From Blepharisma stoltei ATCC 30299 (taxonomy: Eukaryota; Protista; Ciliophora), in the NCBI GenBank assembly GCA_965603825.1, contig CBFDEM010000039.1, forward strand, positions 574,612 to 638,611: a stretch of DNA of 64,000 nt, written 5' to 3'. Made by a program: the position numbers and the translations under genes. Shown one piece after another: positions 22,479 to 34,417 of the stretch. The notes under the pieces are model-generated. The model was given only the letters and a program-made list of their open reading frames with translations, searched no databases and had not been told where the DNA came from. Positions within the stretch are counted from its first letter, which is position 1. Each line of letters opens with the position of its first letter.

Positions 22479-23612
22479 TTAATGAAGGAAAATTCCAATT
22501 AATAAAGAAATTCCCAAAATTCCCCCTGAGCTATTCTCATCAGAATCTCCACTATCTCCAGCCTCTCCATCATACAACTTTTTAGCATATACATAACTAG
22601 AATCTGCTGTATTTAGCACACATTTTTCACTTCCTATTATATAATTATATTCCTGGAAATATGTTGTCCAATAATAGTAAGCTTTGAAGTTTTTTTCGTC
22701 CCAATAATCCTTTATGCAGTTAAATTCTTCTCTTCTCCCTGTATTACATTTTAAAATTGCTTCACTTGAATACCATTTGGCTCTAATACTTAATAAAGAC
22801 AATCCTGGACCGTCTCCTAAGAATAGATTGCAATACGAATTTCCTTCAGAATTGTAGCCACACGCACAATATTGATTTGCAACATAAGGTGGGTTAAAAA
22901 AATTGTCTGGCTTAGCAGGGCATCTATTTTGATTAACATCACACAGCGAAGCTGGTTCTGGGTCAGAGACTAGCATCTCTGTACAGTAATAATTGTAATC
23001 AGCTTTATTTAAGGCGCAGGTCGTATATTTACATAGCATGCTTTGATTATTGTTGCAATCTCCAACAGGAGAGTGAGGCTCAAATGAAAATACTTCATAG
23101 CAAGTGTTAGTTTGAGGATTACCCGATGTGACATTACAGGCACCGTTGTTTACGCAATCAAAGTCAGATGAACACCCTTTTTGGCCAATTTCTATTAGAG
23201 GAATGCATTGCTTATTAATGCAAGAATTCCCTGGGTAGCATTGATAGATTGATGTACAACTTTGGCCCATTGGAGTTCCTTGACAAGTTCCGTCAACGCA
23301 GCCAGAGGAAACACCTTTAAAGCAGTCTTTATTTGTTTTGCATTTTTCACCTACCCAGCTATGGCCAAAGCTAAGAGTTTCATCTTCGCAGGTTTTATTA
23401 TTAGACCCAGTAGCGTATTTGCAAAGCTTATTACCTGAACATTCTCTAGCATAATAAGTTAAAGCTTCGTTAGTATAATAAAGGCAAGTATCAGCAGCAA
23501 AAGCCATAGAAGAAGGCTTACAAATGTAACTTGGGCACGGATTTGAGCTTGCAATTGGAAGGTAAAAAAGCATGAAATGGAGAAGCAAAAATGCTCGAAA
23601 CTTAAAATCCAT
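22479..23612 (-). CDS. Cys-rich surface protein array copy 8
   Basis: 377-aa intact ORF; closest paralog of copy 7. Confidence 0.9.
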   Translation of the reverse strand: MDFKFRAFLLLHFMLFYLPIASSNPCPSYICKPSSMAFAADTCLYYTNEALTYYARECSGNKLCKYATGSNNKTCEDETLSFGHSWVGEKCKTNKDCFKGVSSGCVDGTCQGTPMGQSCTSIYQCYPGNSCINKQCIPLIEIGQKGCSSDFDCVNNGACNVTSGNPQTNTCYEVFSFEPHSPVGDCNNNQSMLCKYTTCALNKADYNYYCTEMLVSDPEPASLCDVNQNRCPAKPDNFFNPPYVANQYCACGYNSEGNSYCNLFLGDGPGLSLLSIRAKWYSSEAILKCNTGRREEFNCIKDYWDEKNFKAYYYWTTYFQEYNYIIGSEKCVLNTADSSYVYAKKLYDGEAGDSGDSDENSSGGILGISLLIGIFLH

Positions 23613-24559
23613 TTCTGAATTTATTCAACAGAGATATTTATGCGTTAAAATATGAATTTTGATTAAATTATATAAGAATTAAGCTTTGCCTCTATAGCAA
23701 GTAAAAATAGGCCAATTCAGCAAATAGCAAAATTGTTGATATTTAATTGTATATTCTATTTCTTTCTGGTCACAATAAATATTTTCAACTTTAAGGAAAA
23801 TAATAAATTTTAAATTAGGCTAAGAATATATAATATTTTATTGCTATTATTAAAAAGTTGTATTTAAAAGGATATAAATTAAGAAAAATTAAAAATTGCA
23901 AAACCACTTTAAAAATATTATAGTAAATTCAATTAAAATTTTTTAGAAAAGAAATTATAGATAAACTATTGAAAAAATAGTTGAAAAATGCATTATCTTT
24001 TTTACTTTAGACGACATATCTTTAACAAAATGGCATCTTTTTAAAATTAAAATCCATTTTATTCAATACTGACTTTACTTACATTAAGCCATCGCAATCT
24101 AAATTATGAGTTTACTTCAAGATTCAAGGAAATTTATATACTTAAAGCAAAAATAACTATGAATTAATAAAAAAAAATAGCAAAGCATCAACTTTTATAT
24201 TATGTATCTATGAAACTTTATTGGTGAAAATGCTCAAATTTTTACTATAAATAACTTGAAAACTGTTTATTCTTCAAAATAATTTTTAGCTTGTTTTAAA
24301 GATTTCAAGCAAAAATTTTAAGAAATTTATATAAAAGTAAGATATCCGACCTCAAAACTTATAAATCTATATATACAGAAGATCCTAAAAATAGTGAAAA
24401 TTGTTAATCTTAATATTTTAATAAGTTTTAAGGAAAATCACTATTAAAAACCTCGAAAAATAATTCTAATTCATTTTTTTGTGCATTTTCCCCTGCTAAT
24501 ATTCGTCATTAATTCTATTGGAGCAAATAACATTTTTTATAAAATTAAAGATTCCAGCT

Positions 24560-25768
24560 ATGAGCACTGTTGCACTACCAGAGCTAAGACACTCAAGAAG
24601 TTTAAGGAAATTGCCAGACCAAGAGATCCGGCTGAGAAGAACTCCTCGATTACTCACTTTACCAAGCAACTGTCCTTCTCCAAAAAACCCGAATATCCTA
24701 ACCCCAACCCCAAGCCTCCATTTCATAGACAACCAGCTTTTACCCTCAAGAGCCCAACATCATAAAAATGCTCTCAAAGAGAGCTTGCCTAAGCCTTTTA
24801 GCATCTCCCAAGAGCACCGAGCCAAACTTTCTACGAACTCATATGGTGTTTCCAAAGCATATGCAGTAATCACACATCCTGGCCTGGTCCGAAACTACAA
24901 CGAAGATAGGGCCTGTATCAGTATCAACATGCTAAAAAAGCAGTCAAACTCCGACAAGTCCCTTCCAAAGTGCTCATACTTCAGCATTTTTGATGGCCAT
25001 GGCGGTTCATCATGCGCTGATTTTTTAAGAAATAATTTACATCAGTACATTATCCAGGAAGAAAGTTTTCCTTCAAACCCCAAACAAGCTATAGAAAAAG
25101 CCTGTTCCAAGGCTGAGCAAGAATTTATGAAGCGAGCGCAAGGCGAAGTTGTAGACTCCTCAGGGAGTTGCTGTATCTTTGCCCTATTTGTAGGAGACAT
25201 GTGCTATGTAGCAAATGTTGGAGACTCACGAGCAATTTTAAGCTGTGAAAGAGGGAGCAAAGTTAAAGCGCTGTCTCGCGACCACAAGCCTTCAGATGAG
25301 GTTGAAAAGTGTAGAATAATTGACGCTGGAGGGTCTTTATATCAGACTCCGTTTGGCTACAATAAGTTTGGCCCTGTTAGGGTCAACCCAGGCAGACTTT
25401 CAGTTTCCCGCACATTTGGAGACATTGAAGCGAAAATCCCAAGCATGGGTGGGATCCCAAATGTGATTAGTTCAGTACCCGAAATAATGTCTTTTAAAAT
25501 TACTGATGAATATGATTTTATTATCTTAGGATCAGATGGAATTTTTGACCAGTTGACTAATAAAGAAATAATAACTCAAGCGTGAAGAGCAGATTGCTGG
25601 GAGAGTGAAAATATTCACCACCGATGTGGCGCTGCAGTCGAATCAATAATACAGCTGGCTTTTGAAAGAAGAGCTACAGATAATCTCACAACTATGATGA
25701 TCGCTCTCAAAGGGTTCAAAAAAGCAGCGAAAAGTAGATTAAGACACAGGATTACCCCTGTTGTTTAG
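24560..25768 (+). CDS. Protein phosphatase 2C (PPM family), 402 aa
   Basis: RNYNEDR, FDGHGG, ANVGDSRA, DHKP, LSVSRTFGD, GSDGIFD. Reading TGA 25583-25585 as Trp supplies the final metal-binding motif RATDNLT and a TAG at 25766-25768. Confidence 0.93.
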
Positions 25769-26009
25769 TAATATTAAAAGTTAACTTATAATTAAAATTG
25801 AGTTTTAAGTACTTTTAATTATTATTCTGCAGATTAGATTTTTATTGAACAAAACACGGATTTATAATATGCAAAAATAAGGATCTGACCTTATAAGTAT
25901 TATTTGAAATTTTAAATAAGATTCAAGTCCATTGTGCTATTTCTGAAGAGCATGCTCTTTATTGAAATATTTTCTTTAACTTCTTGTTGAAATTATTATA
26001 CTTATAACC

Positions 26010-26558
26010 ATGGCAAAAGGAACTGAAAACCTTATTAAGCGAAGCATGATTGACCAGAACCGGAAGCTCACAAAAATAGAGTCATGCTGCTTTATAGTCT
26101 ATTTCATTTTGGTTACCACATTTGTATCAATCGTGATATCTACTGTTGCAACAATTTTGATTACAGTAGCCTATGTCTTCCCAAACTTAATTACAGGAGT
26201 AATCGGACTTTATGGAGCTCTGAAATCACATGTCAAAGTCATGAAAGTTTATCTGGGATTTATTATTGGGTTGGTTTGTCTTAATATAGCATCAATAATT
26301 TTATCGATTATTTTCGTGTGTCTTTTGGCAGCTAATTATGGAGATGAGAAATGCAGCTCGACGATTGATGAGAATTGCAGCTTTACGGACGTCATTATTA
26401 TTGTGCTCATGGTCATGCTGTGCTTAAATGTGGTTATTTCAGTATGCTTGCTGTTTTTATGCTATGTGTCGTATCATCACGGAAAGGAACTAAATAGCAC
26501 TTTTATGTCAATGGAGAAAAGAGAAACTGACACAAAAGGAGATGAGCTCGGATATTAA
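26010..26558 (+). CDS. Small multi-pass membrane protein (about 4 TM, tetraspanin-like topology), function unknown
   Basis: 182-aa ORF with long hydrophobic segments and a Cys pair in the loop (KCSSTIDENCSF). Confidence 0.75.
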   Translation: MAKGTENLIKRSMIDQNRKLTKIESCCFIVYFILVTTFVSIVISTVATILITVAYVFPNLITGVIGLYGALKSHVKVMKVYLGFIIGLVCLNIASIILSIIFVCLLAANYGDEKCSSTIDENCSFTDVIIIVLMVMLCLNVVISVCLLFLCYVSYHHGKELNSTFMSMEKRETDTKGDELGY

Positions 26559-26815
26559 AATCATATAGCTAATTATAACTTAGAATTTCTTTCAAAATTG
26601 ACTAAATATTTATTTTAATTATCAAGAGTGTCTATAAAACTAAAGATTAATAAAAAGCTTGATTGCCCCATAATTAGTAAAAATAATCAGTCTTATTTTA
26701 CTTAAAATAAATTATATCACTTTATAGCAAAAGAAAGTTTTATATAAGCAGCTTTCATGCTCTTCAGTGAGTATACTAAAATTAACGAAATTAAGAAAGT
26801 CTTCACAGATAAAAT

Positions 26816-29800
26816 TTATTTAAAATCCTTTGCTTTTATATCAAGTTCATTTTCATTTTCAACTCTTGAAATTTCATAAAATGTTTCGTCTTGCTGTTTT
26901 TCTTCGCTATCTTGTGGGGTACAATAAAGTTTATCGACCCAATTTTCCGCATTTCTTTTTAGCACACCCATGAATATTTGCCTCATATTTTGACCAATAA
27001 CTTCATTTACGTCAAAATCCACAGATTCTATTTGGGCAGATCGGTCTTTGACAATAGAAAATATCTTCTCTCCTCCTTTGATTACCACATGACTATTTTT
27101 TTTATGCTCAAACAAACCATCATCAAAGCCATCCATAACCTTTCTCGTAAACTTGCGCCTAAGAAATGGCACAACATTGCTGAGAAGCTGAATTCCAGCT
27201 CCAAACATTTTTAGTACCCAATAATAAATAAAATAAGCGTTAACAATGATAATGACAATAAAAAAGACAACCTTCGTTGCTTCGTCTAAAGCATCTGTAA
27301 GATAGTAAAGTCCACAATAAATTGTGATAGTGGCAACTAAGATTGATCTAATTTCCATACGATTTAAAGCTCTACCATCATATGGCTTATTTTGTGCTTG
27401 CATTATTAGACAGAGGAGTAGCAAAACCATGACTGTTAATGCTTGGATATCTGTAGAAATGTTTTGCAGAAATACGGAGCAGCAAACTATAAGGATTTTT
27501 CTATATAAAATCAAGAATTCCCAATAAAATGCATTGGTTTTATAGCCATTAAAAAGGAACCCAAAGCGCAGCCGAATGCTCAAAGTGTCAAGCTTTCTTC
27601 TATTTTTGAATAAAAAATAAAGAGTAATCGTAGGTATTCCGATTCCCCACACAATAATGGCTGGTATTGACACTGTAAAAATATAAAACATATGATTGCC
27701 GTCCCAGCACCTTATATTAAGATTATCTACAAGCCAAAATTCTCCAGCCTCAATTTCTCTGCAGCTAAATGAAGAAAACATCGATTTCACCAAATTTGGG
27801 TGAATTAAAAATAATAAAATAACGACTGTAGATATAAAATCATTGAAAAACGACTCAAAACTCTTCCTATATCATTTTATAAAAGTCCAGAATAAAAACG
27901 ACCCACAGCCTATCATTATAGGAATCAAACTCATTATCATCAATTTTTTGAAATACACTTTTTTATTGTCTTTTCCGGTATTCAAAAAACAGTCAAAAGA
28001 AAAGATTTCGTCACTTACAGATCCTGCATTAGTCTGTATAGAAAATATATTTAATACTGTATCAGGCCATGATAAATTAAAAGTTGTAATAAGGACCACA
28101 AGCTGCAAATAATTCACAAAAATTTTTATGTAGACTGATTGTAGGGATTTTGGTTTGTAGGCCGAGTTTCGGGTGGTTCTTACCATAATAGCGCCTAGCA
28201 AAATAGCAGCAGCTATAACACCTATTATGCGAAAAGAGTTAGATAACTCTCCTGGACATTTCCCACAAGTATTTGCACTTATTATAGAATATCCATTTTC
28301 ACATGCTTGGCACATATTTCCTGTATAGCCTTTTTCGCAGAGACCAGTCAGTGATAAATTTGGTGGGCGAGGAGACCCTTTGCATGATGATTCTCTTGGA
28401 CATGCCCAAAAAGTGCTTGACATATTGGAAGATCTTCAATAACCTGCTCGAGGAACCATTGTTCAGTTCCCATAGCATTTTGCTTGACTGGGGCATTCTA
28501 TGCATTGAGTGCTCGAGCCATTCAAGCTATAGCTTCCTTTGTCACAGACTTGGCAGTTTAAACCTATTGTAGCCTCTCCAACTACACATTTCCTTAATGT
28601 AATATTTACATTTACTTCAGAAACGTAAAAAATTTGGCTATTTTTGCTGCTGCTTTCATCTATCCCAGTTGAAGGTATTTTTATAGTAATCTCAGAGCCA
28701 GGCTCAGCAGAGACTATAAAATTATCAAAAGTATAAAAACCTTTAGAAGCAGTCACCCTAGTCGTTCCTGAAAGTATTACTGCAGAAGAATTTTCTGCTA
28801 GAAGTTCTGCTGAGCTGGCACTATCAGTAGCAACAATATTTCCATAATAGTCAACTAGTGCTAATTTCAAAGTTTGAGAAGACGCTTGGCCAGGAGCTAC
28901 ATTTGATAATGAAAAAACAGTTGGAGTAGAAGCAAAACTTTTATCATAACTGACTATTGATCCATTATCGTCTACTGCCATCAATTTTACTGCGAAAGAG
29001 GCTACATTATCTGCATAAGCAGCACTGTTATTTGTAAAAGTATTACAAGTTAAGACTGGAATAATGTCGTGCCAATTTATGGCACCTCCGTTATAAGTGG
29101 CATAGTTTTCAATGAATTTATTGTATGAGATATTAAAGCTGCAAGTCCAGAAATCTTGGCAAAGTATATTTAATCCTCCACCATTTCCTGAAACAGGAAC
29201 AGAAGATGTTGGGATTTCTGTGGTCGATGCCATATTTTCCATAAAAGTGGACGATATAACGCTCAGTTTTATGTTATTGCTATAAATGGCTCCGCCAAGA
29301 TCTGCAGAGTTATTTTTAAATGTTGAACGAGAAACAATATAAGCTTGACCTATTTCATTGCCGCTTGTAGTTGCAAGATATAATGCTCCCCCTGCAATTT
29401 CAGCAGAGTTCTCAATAAAATTGCATTTATCAATCTCCATTTTTATACACCCAACACATGAAAATGCACCTCCATTTTCTGAATTTCCATATAGAAAGCT
29501 AGTTTCATATATATAAGCATTAATCATTTTTTCCCCATAAATAGCTCCGCTTTCATAGCTTTCGAATCAAGAATTTTCTATATTTAATTCGCTCTCATAG
29601 CCTGTAATAACTCCTCCCAAATCGCTACTATATGACGAAAAAAATTCGCTGTTCGAAATATTCAATAAACTCCCCGAAAATGACCATATGGCTCCTCCTC
29701 CACCAGAAAGTGCCGAATTATGGCTAAAATGACTGCCGCTAATTATAACATTGCTTGACGTAGAAAAAATGGCACCCCCTGAACTGCTGCTTTTTCCATA

Positions 29801-32800
29801 CTCAAATGACGAATTCTTTATATTCGCTGTGCTTTGAGTCGTCGCATAAATAAAACTTCCCTGCTCCCCATCCTGCAAATAAAAATCAGAGTTTATTATG
29901 TTAGCCGAGGAAAGAGTTAGCAAAATGCCACCCGTGATCATATTTGCTATATTTTCAGCCATTGAAGAGGAATTTATGGTTATCGCTGAGTCTAGCAATG
30001 CTATAGATCCTTCATTTCCAGCATTATTTAAATGTATTGTAACATTATATAATTCTGATATAGGATTTGAAGCGCCTAATAAATAAATAGTTGATCCTCT
30101 ATTTTTGCAGGAATTTTTTTTAAAAATAGAATGGGAAATATAAAAATTTGAATTTTGCTCACTGTAAATTGCACCCCCAGAGTCTAGCGCGAAGTTTTCC
30201 TGAAAAGTGCAAAAATCACATGTTAAATTAGAGGAAGTGCTGATTGCTATAGATCCTCCATGAGAGTATGAATAATTTTCTTTAAAAACAGTATTTGTTA
30301 GATTTACTGAAGAAAATTCAGAAATTTTGATCCCAGTGGCAAATTTTGATGTGTTGTTATAAAAGATAGATCCATTGTCTTCTAAATAATCGTAGTCTAA
30401 AGCTATAGTTGATCCTTCATTACTGGAAAATAAGCATGAATTAGTAAAAATATAGGAATAAACATTCGGATTTCCAGAATAAATAGAAGCTGAGCCTTTA
30501 TTATGCATAAATTGAGAGTCTTCCACATATAGCGTTCCCGACAATTCAACATAGCTTCCAATTTCAATGTATATTGCTGCTCCAAGCTTTGCGGAATTAT
30601 TTATAAAGTAAGATTCTTTAATTTTCAAACTTCCACTTAGGTAAAAAACTGCAAGGGCACCAGAAGTCTTCGAATAATTTTCTTTAAACAAGCAAGACTC
30701 TATATAAGAGCTTTTATCCACTGCTGTATAAGAGCTAACATACATTCCTGCTCCATATATAGCAGAATTTGAAATGAAGTCTGTATTTTTTATCTCTAAA
30801 TACACATTGCTTGAAATCATCCCATTTTCAACATAAATTCCTGCGCCATTAATTGCAGTGTTATTATAAAACAGGCATTTGTCTACATAAATAAACATAT
30901 TTGTGCTAATTTGGTTAGAAAAAACTCCTGCACCATACGTAGGAGATGTATTATACTCAAAAGTGTCATTATAAAGCTTTAAAATTTTCCCACTAAAGTA
31001 AATTCCACCTGAATACCCTGAATTTTTTGAAAAAAGTGTGAAATTGACTTCTAATACCTGGGTGCTTCCTGATGAAGCAACTAAGCCATACCCAGGTTGT
31101 GCAGTATTTTCGTTATTCAGAAACTTGGAATTATTTATTGTAGTCTGATTTCCTTCATTGAAGCATAAAACTGTGGGAGATTTTGCTGAAAATCCATAGT
31201 TGTAACTAAACGTGACATTATCCAAATTGACAGCATTGGAATTCTCAAAGATCGAGGATGGTTGTGCCATTGAGCAGTAATTTTTGGTAATCTCAGAGTT
31301 TTTCAGGGTGAAATTCGTCAGATAAGAAAATAAAGACAGTGAGCCGCAGTATAAAGATGTAACGACTAGCTGATTTTTCATATAAATCTCTGGATCATTT
31401 ATCCATGAGTTAATTAAAATAGTATTAGCATTGATATCTGAATGAGTGCTTCCTGTATCCCCGTTTGAGTTAATTGTGAGATTATTGAAAACTAGGTTTA
31501 CCAGCTTATAGAATTCAATTATCCCGCTGCCTCCATAATAATTGCTATATATATCAGTAGATTCTCAATTAAATCATCTAGGGTTTTGGTGGGCAATTAC
31601 CCTGATCCCATTAGAAGTAACTGCTGATATGACGCCGTATAAATATTCTGATTTTACGATAGTGTTGTTTATAAAAAACAAGCTGCCATATTCAACCAAA
31701 TTATTGTAGACTTCAAGGGCAGCTAGGTTGTAATTTTGCAGCTCACATAGATAATTAGCTGACAGAATCCCAAAATTAATCCCTATATTGTTATAAAATT
31801 TTGATTCTGAAATGGTTACATGGTCGATTGTATAATCAATAATTTCATTGAATATATTCACTTCTTGACTCAATGCCAAATTACTGGCACTTATAAAAAT
31901 CAATCCATCCTCTGCATAATTGTAAGAAAATTCACAATTTCCAATAAAAAGAGTTCGGAAAGCTTCTAAGTAAAGCAAACTTCCAGCACCATCAGCTGCA
32001 GGATCTGATATAAAATTGTTTTTGAAATTTACATTGGTAATACTTACACTTTTGACTCTCTTGGCTGCCAAGAATCCCATTATTACCAAGGAACTGTCAT
32101 ACTCAAATCCGTTATTCAGCTTCTCTACATTTCCGATATTATAATAAAAATTGCCGCAATCATAAGTATTTGATCCACAGTCTGCGAAAATTATGACGCT
32201 AGAGTTTTCAAAAGGCGCAGTCCGAATATTACTAAAATTCACATTTTCGAGCTCAACATCTCCTCCGTAACTGTAAATAAGTGAATTTTCTTCTAACCTC
32301 CAATTCGTAAAATTGACATTTTTCAGCAGTAAATGACTATTTTTAGGAATTTCAAATAAATTTCAGTCGTAATTTTCTTTGCATAATTCTGAGTCTAAAA
32401 ACTCTGTTGTTGTTTTGCCTCTATCATCTTCATAACTCCCATCGAAAATCTGCGTAACATGAGGACAATAAGAGCACAAATTGCTTGGTAAGCCACATTT
32501 CGTACTTTCTGTTTTTCACTGAAAAGAGTCAAAATTTACATTGCTAATTGACATGTAAAGAGTATTTTTCAGTGTTATTGTTATTATATTTTTGTTCAGA
32601 TAAGGCTTCAAAGTTACAATTGAACCATCAGTTGTCGTGATTGTAAGATTTTGACGAATAATTTGCATATTATATGGTTTTAAGCTGCCTTGCGTACCTA
32701 TTTGAATAGGAGAAATTTCATTTACCTCAGTTAAATAATGGATCCCTGGGGTAAGATAAAGAATTGAGTATTTCGCGATTATTGATACTAATGCAAATGA

Positions 32801-34204
32801 TAAGGATTTAAATGGCTTTGCCATGCTTCCATCACCTCCGGAGGTCTCAGATACATTCCAGTTCACATAATAAATCGCCGGGTTTTCCAAGCTTGAGGTT
32901 TCTGCCTTTAAAATGCAAATTCAAGTCTCATTCAAAAAATGCAAAGGCTTGAACCCTGATGGGCATTCATCTAAACAGTACCCATAGAGCTGATAATTAT
33001 TCAATATTGACGAATCACACTCGTAGCAATCCCCCATCTCATTGCCATAACACTTCAAGCACTTCGGGTCAGCGCATTTAGTTTGGTTCTGAGGAGAACA
33101 ACTGCACGAAGAAAACCCACAATACTCATTATTGCAGTTTGGGTCACAAAAATTCGGATTAAACAAATTTTTCGTCTGGCATTTAGTTTCGGTTTTGCAT
33201 TGCTTTAGGCTTGGGGCTTGTGAAAAATTTAAACTCATGAACTGTAAGCGCATATAAAATAATGATAAATTTGTGTTCTTGCATCTTTGGTTTGGAGTTG
33301 AGCCGATTTGGTCTCATAAACAGTCAACAACCATGCAACCTTCAGAGCAGTGCCCATAATTATTAATATTGCAGGTAGATGTACACTGGCAGTCTCCTCC
33401 ATCTCAATTGCAATTAGCATTATTGCATTGAGGCTGGCATGTTCCATCTCCAATATACCCACTTTTGCATCCATTTGAGCACTCACAAGCATAATTATCA
33501 TAATTGCACTCAGAAACATTACAAAGCGCATCACAATCATTATTATTAAGTAAATCTGAGCTACATCCTGGGCTGCAGTCACAGTCAGTCAAATCTCATC
33601 CGCATTCTTCATTATAGCATTCCTTATCACATACAGTATTATTTAGCATATAAGTATGGCACCCAGGAGCACATGTAAAATTTTCGCAGTCTCCAAAATC
33701 ATAGTTACAGTTTGAAACATCACAAGCTGGGTCACATTTTCCATCTCCAAGAATGTTTGCTGTACAATTTTCGCTGCAGTTTTGGCAAAGACCAAGTCCA
33801 TAGTAGCAAGAAGCCGTATTACAAGCAGAATAGCAGCTGCTTCCAAGCATTTTGTCATAGCCTAAATAGAATTTACAATTAGAAGAGCATATTCCACAAT
33901 CGCCCAAATCATAGGCACAAGTCCAGCTGTTACACTCTTGATTGCAAAATCCATTACCGAGCTTATTGCTTTGGCACTGATTCCTATAAATACAATCAAA
34001 ATAGCAATCAGAATCAGCAATTTTGCCTGTTTTCGAATCGTAGTTGCAGTAAGGATTCATACAATTTTGGTCGCAGTGGCCATCACCTATCTATGTAAAA
34101 ATTACAAATGAATCTGGGCATAATTTTTTGTTGCAAGTAATCGTCAAAGAGAGGGTAAAGGGAATAATCGAGAAAATTATAAGCAGCACGATGCCATATG
34201 ACAT
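26816..34204 (-). CDS. Giant LNR/beta-helix/multi-TM receptor-like protein, paralog A (~2452 aa); introns 34091..34105 and 33862..33876
   Basis: Nine listed ORFs share one frame joined by TGA=Trp. Signal peptide; LNR repeats (GDGKCDPACDVSNCNYDFGDC); GDGSMAKPFKSL; FxxN/GGAI beta-helix repeats; CQVCDKGSYS Cys-rich region; ~9 TM helices with FGFLFNGY..YWE..YRK. Confidence 0.9.
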
Positions 34205-34417
34205 TTTGCTAAAAAGATATTTAATAAAATTATTTAAAGATCTGGGAGAATTAATATAAGGCATCCGTGGTTTATTTCGTTATTGCTATCAGTATACAAA
34301 TAAAAAGTTATGAAATTTTCAAAAATTTTAAAAAAATGCTTGATAATGCAAAATTACACCCTAGAAATTTATATCAATTTGAAACTCTTTAGTTAGTTAT
34401 CTACAGAATCAAATTAA

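Noticed and set aside
7910-23612. Assigning the Cys-rich array to mating pheromone (gamone) genes
   Set aside because: No recognisable similarity that I can support from the sequence alone.
24022-24068. Possible ninth array copy (TTGAATAAAATGGATTTT.., MDFNFK)
   Set aside because: Only the start context resembles copies 7 and 8. A stop follows after 11 codons and no Cys-rich homology is visible.
26816-28250. Canonical 7-TM GPCR or true Notch ortholog
   Set aside because: About nine hydrophobic segments by eye, no visible GPS motif, and no EGF array or ankyrin repeats.
29500-31400. Horizontal transfer of a Chlamydia Pmp autotransporter
   Set aside because: The GGAI/FxxN repeats lie within eukaryotic genes with host introns and host code, and there is no beta-barrel translocator domain.
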